From Eledone cirrhosa (lineage: Eukaryota), in NCBI GenBank assembly GCA_964016885.1, contig OZ024740.1, forward strand, positions 381,920,001-381,984,000: a DNA stretch of 64,000 nucleotides. The letters are read 5' to 3'. The notes under the pieces are model-generated. The model was not told where the DNA came from. It was given only the letters and a program-made list of their open reading frames with translations, and made no database searches. The translations under genes were made by a program, and so were the position numbers. Positions 51,040 through 64,000 of this stretch are shown here, one piece after another (positions within the stretch are counted from its first letter, which is position 1; each line of letters begins with the position of its first letter).

Positions 51040-52266
51040 CGTAACACATTTAATGCGTCTCTAGAATAAATCCTTAAAACGTACGAGGAAAGGCAACTTT
51101 GAAAATTCTGTACAACGATGTTAAGAAGCGCACTACTGTCTGTTGGAACAATCCGCAACAAGCTTTGCATGAGCGTATCTCTACAAGAATGGTGGTCCAA
51201 TAGAATTACTATTCCCTCAATAGTCGAGCAGTAGAAGACGAATAGCATCGTAGGTGATGGTGTAATTCTTGGCTTCGAAGGTATATGAAGATATAATAAA
51301 TCAAGTACAGCGCAATAAAAAGGGCCTCGAAAATTCCCAGTTCAGACCATACTACGCCATGAATAAGAAAGAGAGAATGGTTGAAGTAGTTGCCCAAGTA
51401 AAGCGGAGAACATTAGATTTCGCCATGGTGCAATGCGATCAAATGGGACATTGTATGTCTTGAGAAGATTTTGTGTTTGAGCGGAAGATCGGGTGAAATA
51501 TGATTTTGGGATCCAGCCAGAAACAGTTGTCTTGTTCATTTTATCTATAACATTCTTCTCAGACCCACAGACCCACAAACGTAAAATATTTCAAAGAAGC
51601 AGCGAGTGGCCTGTACAAATGGGGGAAGATTGGAAAGATGAAACATATGTAGTCAAGTTGCCAAATGGGACTGAAGAAGTGATATACATGGCGGCATCAT
51701 CTGATACTTAGAGTACTGGCTGATGCAGGGTAAGAGTGGGAGAAGAGGATGAACAACGGCAAGAACACAAGTAGTGGAAAAGAGGTTTGTAAAGAAGGAG
51801 TGCACTGCAAGCCAGCCACAAAAAGAAAGACGACTGACCCAACATGGTAGGTGATCCGGGAAGTCTCAGTTGACCTGTACAGTATATACTCTTTTCCCTT
51901 TTTTGGCACCAAGAGTCCCGACCTCGTCTTGTGTTGGCATGGATGGGAGTCTTTGCATGGTTGGGAAGATGGTGAAGTTAGAGGGCCTTACTATCTCTTG
52001 AGCAGCGAACATCGAAGATGAATTCAACAGCAATACAAAGAAGTACAGTGAGCTGGTTGAGCTCTGGGAAACATGGGAATGGTAAGTAACCTGTTTCCCT
52101 GTCGATGTTGGCGTCTTATTATTTATCAGAACCAGAGTTGACTGACTGTTGAGGGGGCCTTTGACTAGCGACAAAGGAAATCAAACACATTTAAGGTCAT
52201 TACTGGAGGCAGCTAAATGCGAGTTATTACATCTGGCTCAAAAGAGAAGATGAATGGTGCACCTGA
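51040..52266 (+). mobile_element. Degraded Hero-like RLE non-LTR retrotransposon, 3' part
   Basis: YTWRHHLILRVLAD at 51683, PDLVL, KKYSELVE, CFPVDVG and terminal SYYIWLKREDEWCT* match the Hero C-terminus as I know it (YTWRH, RPD, PVEVG, W.KR). Confidence 0.65.
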
Positions 52267-53916
52267 AAATTTGAGATAGATGGAGAGATCTCGATCAGAG
52301 TCCCCATATCCGACTTATCGAATGCTAGGCTCTTCTGACGCTTTGAGCTAGACGCAGACACATCAATTTCATCTAACGTTGTGCTGTTGCGCAAGATGTT
52401 CGTCGCCTATATCGGTGGGTGACACCAAGTAGATCTAGTGTCGTCGTGGAAGGGGGCTGAAGTACCTACAAAGTTACTCCACCACCCGATAAGGACATCA
52501 AATCCTGCATTCAGAGACATAATACATCAGTACATCCCGTATAGATCTGTGTTTTCCAAGCGTATATATGTGGATATGAAATAAGAATATTCGTTCGATT
52601 CTTATCGACTGATGAGCAGAAAGCAAGTTTATCTTGTAAACTCAATATACATATGAATATATTAATATATTATAAGCAATTCTTTCCGTTTTAAATTTAT
52701 CAATTTTTTTAACACCTTATTTCGGGAAAAAATACTCGATAAAACCTTAAAATTCTAGACCGTATCTTTCCGGAAATGATATAGTTCTTACTTTTTGCCA
52801 CTACACGATATAATAAAATGCATTTTCGTATAGTTTGGTAAATTTTCGTACATCGTAAATATAATCCTGCAGTAAGAATCATGTGAGAATACAAAACAAA
52901 AATTAAGAAATCAAGCGAATACTGATTGAAACGTGAACATTCCCAATCACTGTCCATTAGTCTAGAAGACTCATTTTCTTCTGTTGTGATATTACTCTTA
53001 CACTGAAATACGTTTGCCATTCTACGGTTATTCAAATTGTATAATGGTTTCTAATCATGGATTAATCTCTGATATTTATGAAAATCTCTTACAGAAAAAG
53101 AAACTACATATCTTCTAGTCTTTATTTGCAGTGAACGTTTTAAGTTTTTATAACATACATTCACATGCCTGCATAGAATTGCAATATGATGTAGCGCTTA
53201 TTCTGCATACCAGTAGGTTGATTGAAAATAGTGCGGAAATGAAAACGTAAATTACTTGGTTGTGGAAGATATAGTCTGAAATATAAAAATAAAGATAAAT
53301 TTGAACAATTTGAAGGATCAAAAGATTGGTGTGATTATAGAGCGATTTGAATCATCCAGTTGGTTTTGCCGTGCTATGAAGCTGATAATTGCTATTCCCT
53401 TCATACATTCAGAGATGAATTTAAAAAATTGCAGATACAGACCAACGTCTTTTAGCGCTAAGATAAATCATTAAATGTTACCGTTTATGAGTTTCGGGTT
53501 GATGGAAGTAATTTCGTTTCATAATAGGATTGCATAAGAGAGAGGGAATAGCCTTCAGTAACATATTTCGGTTCAGATCTATTAGGAACTGTTGTAGTAA
53601 AACAGATTATGAAGAACGTGCACTTTGCAATATTAAGAATGGAAGTAATTTTCAGATAATATATTTGATTCAACAATATCTAACCGATAAGCAGGAAATA
53701 GAAGATAAAAATTGAGTGAAAATCAATGTCTATCTACCTATTTATCTATCTATCTATGTGTCTGGCATTTTATTTATAGGTGCATACATATTCTCATACA
53801 CAGTCACATGCACACTTATATATATATGTGTGTCTGTGTGTATATAGATTCATATATATATATATATACACACACTAATACGTAGGCAGACCCAAATCAC
53901 ACGCACACACACAGAG

Positions 53917-54391
<475 letters not shown>

Positions 54392-54435
54392 AAGTTAAAT
54401 AAAAGTCAAATGATTAAAATTTAGCTTCGTTTATT

Positions 54436-54490
54436 ACTGCTATATATATTTCAGTGACAGCCATCTGTGGCTGTGACCTCTTCAGGCAGT
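54436..54490 (-). ncRNA. Family E hammerhead motif
   Basis: actgc-CTGAAGA-ggtc acagcca caga tggctgt cact-GAAA-tatata-TA-gcagt, followed by AATAAA. Confidence 0.85.
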
Positions 54491-54651
54491 TTGAATTAAT
54501 GTGGTATAGGCAAGTAAATATGTTGTTTAGGTGTATAATATTGGAGTTCCTCAGTGAAATAACAACCCAACAAGGAACTGGGCATATCAGAGTATTGACA
54601 ATATTATACACCTAAACAACATATGTACTTGTCTATACCATACTAATTCAA

Positions 54652-54706
54652 ACTGCCTGAAGAGGTCACAGACAAAGATGGCTGTCACTGAAATATATAT
54701 AGCAGT
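54652..54706 (+). ncRNA. Family E hammerhead motif
   Basis: actgc-CTGAAGA-ggtcacag..ctgtcact-GAAA-tatata-TA-gcagt, followed by AATAAA. Confidence 0.82.
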
Positions 54707-54870
54707 AATAAACGAAGCTAAATTTTAATCATTTGACTTTTATTTAACTTTATTTTACACTACTCCGGGGTAACCAAACCAACCTTCACACTTCGTCGAG
54801 TGCTCCAGCCTGCATACTGAGGTGTTGGTATACAACCAACATAAACTCAAAATATCTCTCTCTATATATA

Positions 54871-54956
<86 letters not shown>

Positions 54957-57699
54957 TGTGTGTGTTTGTGTGTGTGTCTGTGTGTCTGTGTGTGTGGGTG
55001 TGTGTGTGTGTGTGTAGATATATGAAGCAAATACATTACCAATTTTCTATTCAAAAATTAAATTTGCATTCTACCTACACATAGTGAGTGCTTATTCAGG
55101 TAATGTTTGAATGCTATAATTACTATTATATTTCAATCTCCCATTCCAGTATATATACTTATGTATGCATGTATGTATGTGTATAATACGGCTTACTAAA
55201 TTAACCGATGCTTTACACATGTCGTATTATTTACGGTTGACTCCGCTCACTCAACGAAACCAGAAACGAATTCTTGAACCCAATTGTTTTGTTTTAGAAT
55301 TTAGTGGGATAACAACAGGGGATGAGCAAAGTCAGAAGGATTAATTGATAGTTACCCGGAACAAACTGGATTCTGATACATTAACACTCTATTAAATAAA
55401 TAATTACGTATGTAAATACGTAATCCATGACCGGCACATCGTCATCGGTAAGGTCTGCCCATAATTCTCAAATGTTCCTGATTCATTGGATACTAGTTAC
55501 AGACTCTAGTAGCATTTTACAGTCTCTGTGCAAGGAGAATTATGTGATTAGACAGATGATATAAATACAACATTTTCTATTTGTGGTAGCAATAATTAAA
55601 TGAAATATTCTAAGCGCCTATGTATATGTATTTCTGCTTCTGTGGGTATACACAAAATATATGTCCAGATATTTTTCTGTACGATTATATATGAATATTA
55701 AATGAAATAAGGAGAATATCTATCAAACGATCAATGTTTTAAATATATTTTACAGTTATTACAATTTTAGGATTAATATAGATAAATGCATCATCACCCA
55801 CACAAACATATTGTGGTCTGCATCAGCATAATAACGATGTTATCAAATTGATTTGATTAAGAAGTGTACTCATACCATATACAGTAAAAATATACATTAT
55901 TCAACAAAGCATAATATCTAACATGTAACACTTCATATTTCCCTATTGCTTCTCTGGACAGTCGTGATCCAAAACACTTTCATTTACGTATTACTAATAT
56001 TGCTAAATACGATAAGGAAAATAAAACGAATGTAACATAAAAAAGCTTATTACTTAAGTAGATATTACTTTTCGGTTGCAGAAATAAATCTAAAATCTAA
56101 TGACGGTTGCTAGAGAATTTCTAACAAAGGCGGAGTTAATTTCCAGAAATAAAGAATTCTCAAAGTTAATGTACATGAATAGACGGAAGAATGGTTGATA
56201 TTTATTCATAGATATGGACAATTATGTAAATATTCCAGTCAGTTCATTCATCAATATGGATTAATTTACTCAAGGCTTCATGAACATTTGAAAGATTTCT
56301 TCCATGTAAAAGTAGAAGTATCAGCTTTCGGTCAGTATAATTTACGTAATCAAAAGATAAAGGCTCATAAACTCGTCCTTAACGTTCTCCAGTCACACCA
56401 GAATCGATGCAAGGAACTAGGCGTAGGCCGGGAACTCCTTCAGGAATATTTCCAGCAAAAAGGACTTCAATAAATATGACTATGCAGCAAGGGATGATCG
56501 TACACCGAGACAATTATGTATACCACCGAACAAGAGTGGATACGCCGACACCATTTATCACTGGTTCCATTTACAAACTTTCACGCACATGGCATTGTCG
56601 ATCATTGATTATGTTAATCTAAGTTTCCACGCACTCGGACAATTTTGTGATTATACGGCTACGACCTATGCATAGATGATTTCAGGATCACAAAAGCTGT
56701 TGTACAATATATTGTTTGTTGTTTTAGAAGGGAAAGGAGCAGATTAACCTCGTTGGCATTTCACATTTGTGGAAATAATTACTTCAGGTAGGATTCTGTG
56801 GATATTAATTATATGGCGATTAATAGAAAACGTTTTGAAACATGTTTCGGCACGCAATTTTAGTCGAATTATGATGCCAAATTCTTAAAAATTTCTTAAT
56901 TTTTCTTCCGTGTATCTTACCTAACATACTGGATCACGCAACTTTGTAAATGAAGTTTTATAGCATCTTTATTCATGACATCTAATTCAATAATTATTAT
57001 TTTTTCGTCAGACGAAGAAGGAAGAAATAAATTAGTGGCTAGAACATATTTTATATTGAAATTAAATGAGATGACATATGTTACTAACGTAATATATGGT
57101 GCATACAAACATAAGATAACAGACAGTCACACATGTGTGAGTGTGTGTTACGCGCCATACATCCTGCTTCTCTCGTCATCTATCAGTCTTTAAAAAGCAT
57201 CTATTTTCATATAGAAATCCATGTGTAGCAAATGTTATAGTGTAGGACCGGTATATAACTTCTTATATCTTTCCCAAGTATATTTGCCGTAAAAGCCCAA
57301 CTACAGTTACAAGAATGCAGGATAGATTTCATTTTTTTTTTTAATGTGGGACAAGCAAACAAGAAGTTCGGGTATTACTTTGCGAAAGAGCCAATGTTAA
57401 CAAAAGTAAAACGTATCGTATACTGTGTATGTTAGAAATACCATATGATGTATTTTCAGTACTTCTTTTTGGGGGGGTTGAAACATTTCATAAGACAATC
57501 TCCATTTAATAATTCATTTCCTAGAAAGAATATAATATATATTATGGAAATATCTCGTTTTACCTAGATTCAAAACGACAGATAGATTCTGGAAACGTTA
57601 GACAAAAGTAAGATATTATTAATGTAATGCAGGAACATCAAACATGTCAGGAGGAAATGGAAAACAATTTCGCAGGTTTAAAGAAAAAAATAAAGTAAA

Positions 57700-58350
57700 A
57701 AAAGAAAGTCCATCTATATTAGAATAGAAATATTGTGCTGAGAAAAGGACACAATGTTGAAACAAAAGGTTTTGATTGTGTCATAAAGCTAAAGGCTTTC
57801 CAGCAGAAAGTCTGAAAAAAAGGAAATTATAAAACAAAATAAAAACCGGTATGTTGAGCTTGTGAAGAAGCAGTCAATTAGAAATGTTCTGTCATTCTCA
57901 TATTTGCTAGGAAGAAGTAAATGTATAGATTATATAACAGATGTGAAACTGTCATATTATTATGCTTCCAATATGTAATACCCTCACAAAAATGATTATA
58001 CTAATATATTTCATAAATAAATCAGAGAAAAATGTGATTATTCCCCGAAGTATTCTCAATCATACACATAATGAGATTAAGGCAAATAGAATATGAACAA
58101 ATACATTTTAATCGATATATCAATTTTAACAAAAATCATCAATATCTCTTTAAAGAAATATAGGAACTATCAAAATATAAAACACTTGGACTCGGAGATA
58201 TACGAATATGGGGCTTGAAAGTAGAAACATGTCACATTAAATAGGTGCCCTGTGAATGACGAAAAGAAATATAAAAAAAAAATACATTGGCGAAATACCT
58301 GAACGTATTCATACGATTCAGAGAATTGGACTATTAGCTAGAAATAGGAC
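57700..58350 (+). mobile_element. Very old R4/Dong-like 3' remnant
   Basis: Pieces SKYKTL, IRIWGLKVET and IGAL resemble the RLE C-terminus; no open frame. Confidence 0.4.
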
Positions 58351-59281
58351 ATAAAACATAATATCGAAATTAAATCACTACATACAATAGCATACAATAT
58401 CAATAAGACTAATGAAATAATTAAATATATCCGGTATTGCACTTTAGACATCAATTTCGATATATGCCATTATGATTTAAGCTTAAAGTAAAAAGCTGTA
58501 AAATCTACAGAAAGGTACCGAGAATATGATAACTATCAATAATGAATTTTGGTAAGAATATTGTTGTTATAGATTGGATCCATTTATTGGAGAGTTGTTT
58601 CCCATCTGCAGTAGAATATGGCATGACGGATCGTTATAATGTTTATAGTACAAATGTTTTATTTTAAGGATAAATACTAACATAAGTTCATTAGCTATGC
58701 ACTTTGTGCGTGATGAAATTGAAAGGGCTTAAAGAGTGAATGAAATCCTGGAATTTACATTCTTGACCTACTATGTTCACAACAACATACATAAGGTATT
58801 ACAAAGTGAGTAGGCATTGGCGTGACAATTTAACAGAGAAGAAGACACTATGTGATTATGTATCTCAAATAGTTATTATATCAATAAAAGATGTGAATGG
58901 CTATTGAAAACATAAATGCGATTGTGTTTACCAATGATTATTCAGGCATTGTCAGAATACCACAAATTAGGCATGGTTATTGTATCAAATACACCGTGTA
59001 ACGTGGAAGAATAATCCCTTCCTGCATCGCTTTTACGAGAATATGTAAACTAAAAAATGAAGGAATATATAACAGAATTCATCGTGTATTCACAAATTTA
59101 TTTTGGATTCTGAAAGGTTTTCCACGAGAGAAGATATTTTATTTTATCATGGGTGGTGGAACATTTATTCATATTACACAATAAATACATCCGACATTGC
59201 TATTGTTCAATGACAGTATCTTCAATTGAAGGGAATCTTTTACAATCGTAGGATTGTCGGACTATATACAATATATATAGA

Positions 59282-59316
<35 letters not shown>

Positions 59317-59490
59317 ATATATCAGATACAGTATTTTCTTTAAAGCTTAGATAACTGTGTTATGATCACAACTTTACGAAATCCATATCAATAATTTAGT
59401 GTTTATTATGCATAAACATGTGGTACATGATTTCTCATACTATCTTATGATGTATCACGCTATGTTTGTCCCAGTTCAGATATGTATATA

Positions 59491-59561
<71 letters not shown>

Positions 59562-59876
59562 GAGTGTGGGTGTGCGTGCATGTGAGTACGCGCGTGTATG
59601 TGTGCTTGCGTATGTACGAATATGTATGCGTATATATATATATATATATATATATGTAATATACATTCATATTTACATTTATAAATGGACTTATATATAT
59701 ATATAAGGGTAAATTGCCCTTCGGTCACGAATGACAATGGGATGTACAGCTATAACCATTTCTCTCCTACTCCGGGCAAGGTTTTTGCGGCATAACAATC
59801 TCGTCTTTCCTCGCCACAGGAATCACAATTGCCGATACAGCTTGCCACTAGTCGGTAATGTTTACCCGAAGCTGTC

Positions 59877-59969
<93 letters not shown>
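59877..59969. repeat. (TCTA)n microsatellite
   Basis: Visible tetranucleotide array. Confidence 0.95.
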
Positions 59970-62273
59970 ATTATATTAGCTAAACGTTAATCTATATCAG
60001 AACGTCGTCGAAGATAAATCATATATTATCAGCTTTTCAATATTTTGATTTGGTTTCAAAACAAGACACATTAGTAAGAGCTTTGTCTATAATTTTCCCA
60101 TAAACTTGTAGATTATTTGGTATTATTTGTGTTAGCTATCATCCTCACTTTAGATTTTATAGATGCCTAAAGTGAAATCCTGTCTGCTAATTACAAGTTT
60201 TATCTTGTTTAAATGAAACTCTTCAGCTCGATATATTACTCGTGTTTTACTCTTCAAATATATTTACACATGTACATATATACACATAAACACCCCCTAT
60301 ATGTGTAATGTGTTAGAGAGAGACTGCATATATGTATTTTATGTATATATAATTTTGTGTATGTATGTATGTGTGTTACTGTATATGACAAAATCATATT
60401 TGAACACAAATATCATATGATTTATCCAAAGCTGTTAGAAATGTGGATATAAACACATATATGTATCCAGAAAATGTAATCGTTTTGAACATTGCGTAAG
60501 TTGAGCAAATTAAACCAGAAATGGAAAACAAAACTGAAAATGAAAATAAATTAGAATGCTGAAGTACCTGAGTAGAAATTCATTTTGCATAGGTAATCGG
60601 GAGAATGTACATGCATTCTTTCTTTTGCACAGATGGCAAGAATTCCACACGTTTCAGTCTATTTAAATCTCCTCAGCTAAGTAGTGTCATATATTAATAA
60701 TTAAATTCCTTATGAATTAAATATAATTTTATCACTTCTAAAATGTGTTTATGCTTTAAATATATACGTATAAATATTGATTTAGTAGAGTGTTGGATAT
60801 TTAACACGTAAAGGCTTAATATTGATATATTGTTAATGAGATAACAGAAGTCACAAGCAATTTCACTTACACTCCTGTAAAGTTATAAAGCCGAATGCCT
60901 TTCTAGCTATAGTAATTTCTCAAATGTTATACAGACATTGAAATAAGCAATGAAAACGAAAATGAGCAAAGATTTTGGTAATTGGATAACTTGAATGGAA
61001 GTTCTGCAAAATAAATCATCGATTTATTGTTAACCTAGGTTTGTAGCTAACTATTATGCGGCAAAAGTAACTTTACTGTTATTTACACTACACACAAATA
61101 AATCTTGAAAAACAGCAGAATAGATTTCTAATAAAAAAAGCCACCTCATAAACTGTCATCGGTTTTTACGGTATTTTAGACATTAAAAAATAACCAGTAT
61201 ATTAAAGAATATTTATCTGGAGGAAAGTAATCACCGAATATATCATTTATAATAACTCGTGTAATTATATGTTCTGTAAACACGTTAACACATCTGAAAG
61301 TTTATTTTGTTCGCTTTACTTTATACTTATGAGTACTGACTTTACATTTATAAATATATTTGACATATGATACGATAGTAAATAATTTTACAAACTCAAG
61401 TACATTTGAACTGAAGAGGACCTGTATTTAGAAATCATAAAATGTTGACATTCTATTTTTTTCTTAACTATAATTTTAAAGTCTAGGCACAAACGGTGGA
61501 GTATTCGCCTCAATATCTCGTACTTTACTTGCATAACATGTTTTGGGTTCACATCCCAAATTGGCTAGTGTCAATAAAATAATGATGGCTCTATACTAAG
61601 GTAATACACACTATGTGCTCATGTGCTGAGGCAGAAACTTCTTTTTAGTCTATACAGTAACTAAATCTTCGTTCATAATAACTAAATGTTCAGAAATAAA
61701 TCTGTATATGAATCTAAGGACATACTAATGGAAAAACTGATATTACCGTTATTTCAATTGGCTCTTAGAAAAAGAACAAGGCAAGGAGAGCAAAAGAAAA
61801 TTGATAAACACAGATACATATGAAAACGCTCTATGAGAGAGCTCAACATTTTACTGATAAAATACATCCTACTTTATTGTTGTTCCATACTGTACAGCGA
61901 TTCATCCTTGGGTTGAGTAGTATAATAGATATGTTATTAAAAGCTGACAGACAATTCTGCTAGCGTTTTCCATAACCTTTTCTAATTTTGAAGAAGGGAA
62001 CCCTATGTTCGGATTTCCGCGACCCTTCTTACGGCGTACTGTTGTAAGGAAGAAAGCGAAAGGAAACTCCTGACTCATGTAATAGCCTTATATTTTATTT
62101 ATAAATATTTGACAAACGAAATGTATACATAACCGCGGTGAGACTTGAATTAAAAATGTAAATAGGATTCTATTATACGCTCTAAGAACTTTACTAATTC
62201 GCCACATAACAAGATTATTATAATAATTGTTTCTACTTTAGGCACAAGGCGAGCAATTACCCAGAGCATTCCT

Positions 62274-62412
62274 GGTACTCTATTCTATCGACCCCGTAAG
62301 GATGAAAGGCAAAGTCAACCTGGGCGGGATTTGAACTCAGATCGTAAAGGGACGTAACTATGTTGGAAAGCATGGCGTCCAACCCTCTACCGATACTGCC
62401 AATCCACCGCCC
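62274..62412 (-). mobile_element. tRNA-derived SINE, same family as 8952-9165
   Basis: The minus strand reads ggcggtggattggcagtatcgg..ctgagttcaaatcccgcc..gactttgcctttcatcc..ggggtcgat..gtacc. Confidence 0.75.
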
Positions 62413-62579
62413 TATTATTAAGATTATTATAATAATAAATAATAACAATAACAGGAACAATAATGACAATACAATAATTATTGTAATTCTATCTGTATTG
62501 CTTATAATACAAATTGTGCCATAGCAAAATATATATCGTTACAGCGCAATATATTTATGTCATAGCAAATTATATAACA

Positions 62580-63900
62580 CTAGCAGTTTAGCCAGGCATT
62601 GCTCGGGTTTGTACATTTGCTATGAAAAGTTACATACAGGTAAACGTGGCTTGAAAGCAAATAAGCTTATCAATTAAGTGCATAAAGCAGTTGAACCGGT
62701 TATTAAAAGTTACGAACCAATTAGCATTTTGGACAATCAATGATGGGTTAATAATCTTCCAATAGCGAATTTAGCAGACCAAAGTTGCAAGATGGTGGCC
62801 CTGATGCCGCTGGGTGTCAGTTCTGTCCGCCATGGGTGACCCTACCAGGAAAAGGTTTTCTAGACGGCATAGCTCCAACACCTCCAACACCTGCACCAAC
62901 ATCTATAGCACCTATTTGTAGCCGATATTGCGTATCATCCCTTGAGGAGTGTAGGCAAAAAGTCCATTCTTGCTCCCTACGCGGGAACAGGCTACATAAA
63001 GTTGGCCATGGGAGAAGCATGGCTCCCCCAAATGGATGCCCGCCACTGACAATGTTTGCCTTTGTGACTTGTTAATGGACATGGCAAAACATGGTCTCAC
63101 CGGGAATTGGGATCGCCGGAAATCGAACGGGGTATCTGACGCCGAGGAGAAAAGGTTCATAATTGGCAATGAATTCGGCAGAATTGCCAGAAGTACAACA
63201 CTATGGGTGTTGTCATATTAATATTTAACCCATGAAAGTCGTAAAAAATAAATAATTTAAACATTCCCATTCAAATGTCTATAGCATTAATCTGTTATAT
63301 GAAGTGTTTTTTTGCGGGTTGTTATTTGCAATAAGCCGATTTAAAATACCCCAGAAAAGCCGTATGTCAATACGGAACTCCAATGACTCCCCCAGCAGTT
63401 AAATTATAGAGAGGGGGAATAATCTGTTATAGAGAGAGGGAAGAGCGGAGGAGAGAGTAAAGCTAAGAAACTATAGGGAGGTGTGTTAAACCTCAAAGCG
63501 TGAAGAGAGTAAAGCAATTAAATTATAGAGAGGGGGAATGACCTATTATAGAGAGAAGAAAGAACGACGGAGAGAGCGTTATGACTATGTTTGTTGTTGT
63601 ATAAAATGATGTGTTGCTTAGTTTTCAAAGTTTATGTCGCGTTCCTGAACGTAATTTTGTCGATGTTGGGTAGTAGAGAGAGTGAATAAGCGTGTAAGAG
63701 AGAGGGTTAAAGAATGTATTTAGTTTCTCGATTTGTTTCATAGAAGCAGGAAATATTTGGCAAAGTTTATTACGCGATGACCATCGTTGGTAAATTTGGA
63801 GCACATTGGAATAAAAATCATAAAAATCGGTAGAGAAATGTGGAAATGCATAAAAATCATACACAACAGACAGACATCTTCTGTTTTATATATATAGAGA
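62580..63900 (-). mobile_element. Non-autonomous Helitron with both termini and a helicase remnant
   Basis: The minus strand starts TC at 63900 after an A and ends CTAG at 62580 before a T. An imperfect subterminal hairpin lies at ~62592-62606, with an internal Pif1-like fragment. Confidence 0.85.
62912..63169 (-). pseudogene. Helitron RepHel Pif1-family helicase C-terminal fragment
   Basis: PFDFRRSQFPVRPCFAMSINKSQRQTL..G..L..PCFSHGQLYVACSRV (helicase motifs V-VI). Confidence 0.9.
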
Positions 63901-64000
63901 TTACAGAAGGTTTGTCAGAAACTACTCGATTTGATTTTTATCCGTGGTAATTAATGGTTTCTTATATTTTGGGGGGGTTTCTTATATATCCGTGGTAATT

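Larger units (their letters stand above)
54385..54757. mobile_element. Non-coding fold-back element, family E, with one HHR per arm
   Basis: 159-bp inverted arms at 54385-54543 and 54599-54757 around a 55-bp spacer. Confidence 0.88.

Noticed and set aside
52609-52622. CTGATGA-gca-GAAA
   Set aside because: Only 3 nt separate the boxes and there is no helix I; likely chance.
56407-56622. ORF faintly like a FLYWCH/MULE zinc finger (IVHRDNYVYHR..TWHCR)
   Set aside because: The remaining Cys/His ligands are absent and no transposase or TIRs are visible.

Overview
AT-rich eukaryotic (animal) genomic DNA dense in (TA)n/(CA)n microsatellites. The tRNA-derived SINEs resemble ones I recall from octopus/cephalopod genomes (inference, not a database result). 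I recognise no intact host gene, and most ORF-track entries are microsatellite artefacts. The window is dominated by Penelope-like retroelements (PLEs; RT plus C-terminal GIY-YIG) of at least two types, inserted into (TA)n tracts as tandem, inverted and fold-back copies. One copy (28375-30505) is a complete ORF except for one extra base in a homopolymer. Reading both strands by hand, I found 25 type I hammerhead ribozyme (HHR) motifs in about 12 sequence families, many with non-canonical cores. The least explained feature is a ~540-546 bp non-coding repeat present as two diverged families (9591-10940 and 43533-45010). It has the PLE-style tandem/fold-back layout and helices supported by compensatory changes, but no hammerhead core, so it is a candidate new structured or catalytic RNA element. 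Also present: CR1/L2-group, R4/Dong, Hero and RTE LINE remnants, a non-autonomous Helitron with both termini, a hAT-type MITE and SINEs. All folds and alignments were done by eye.
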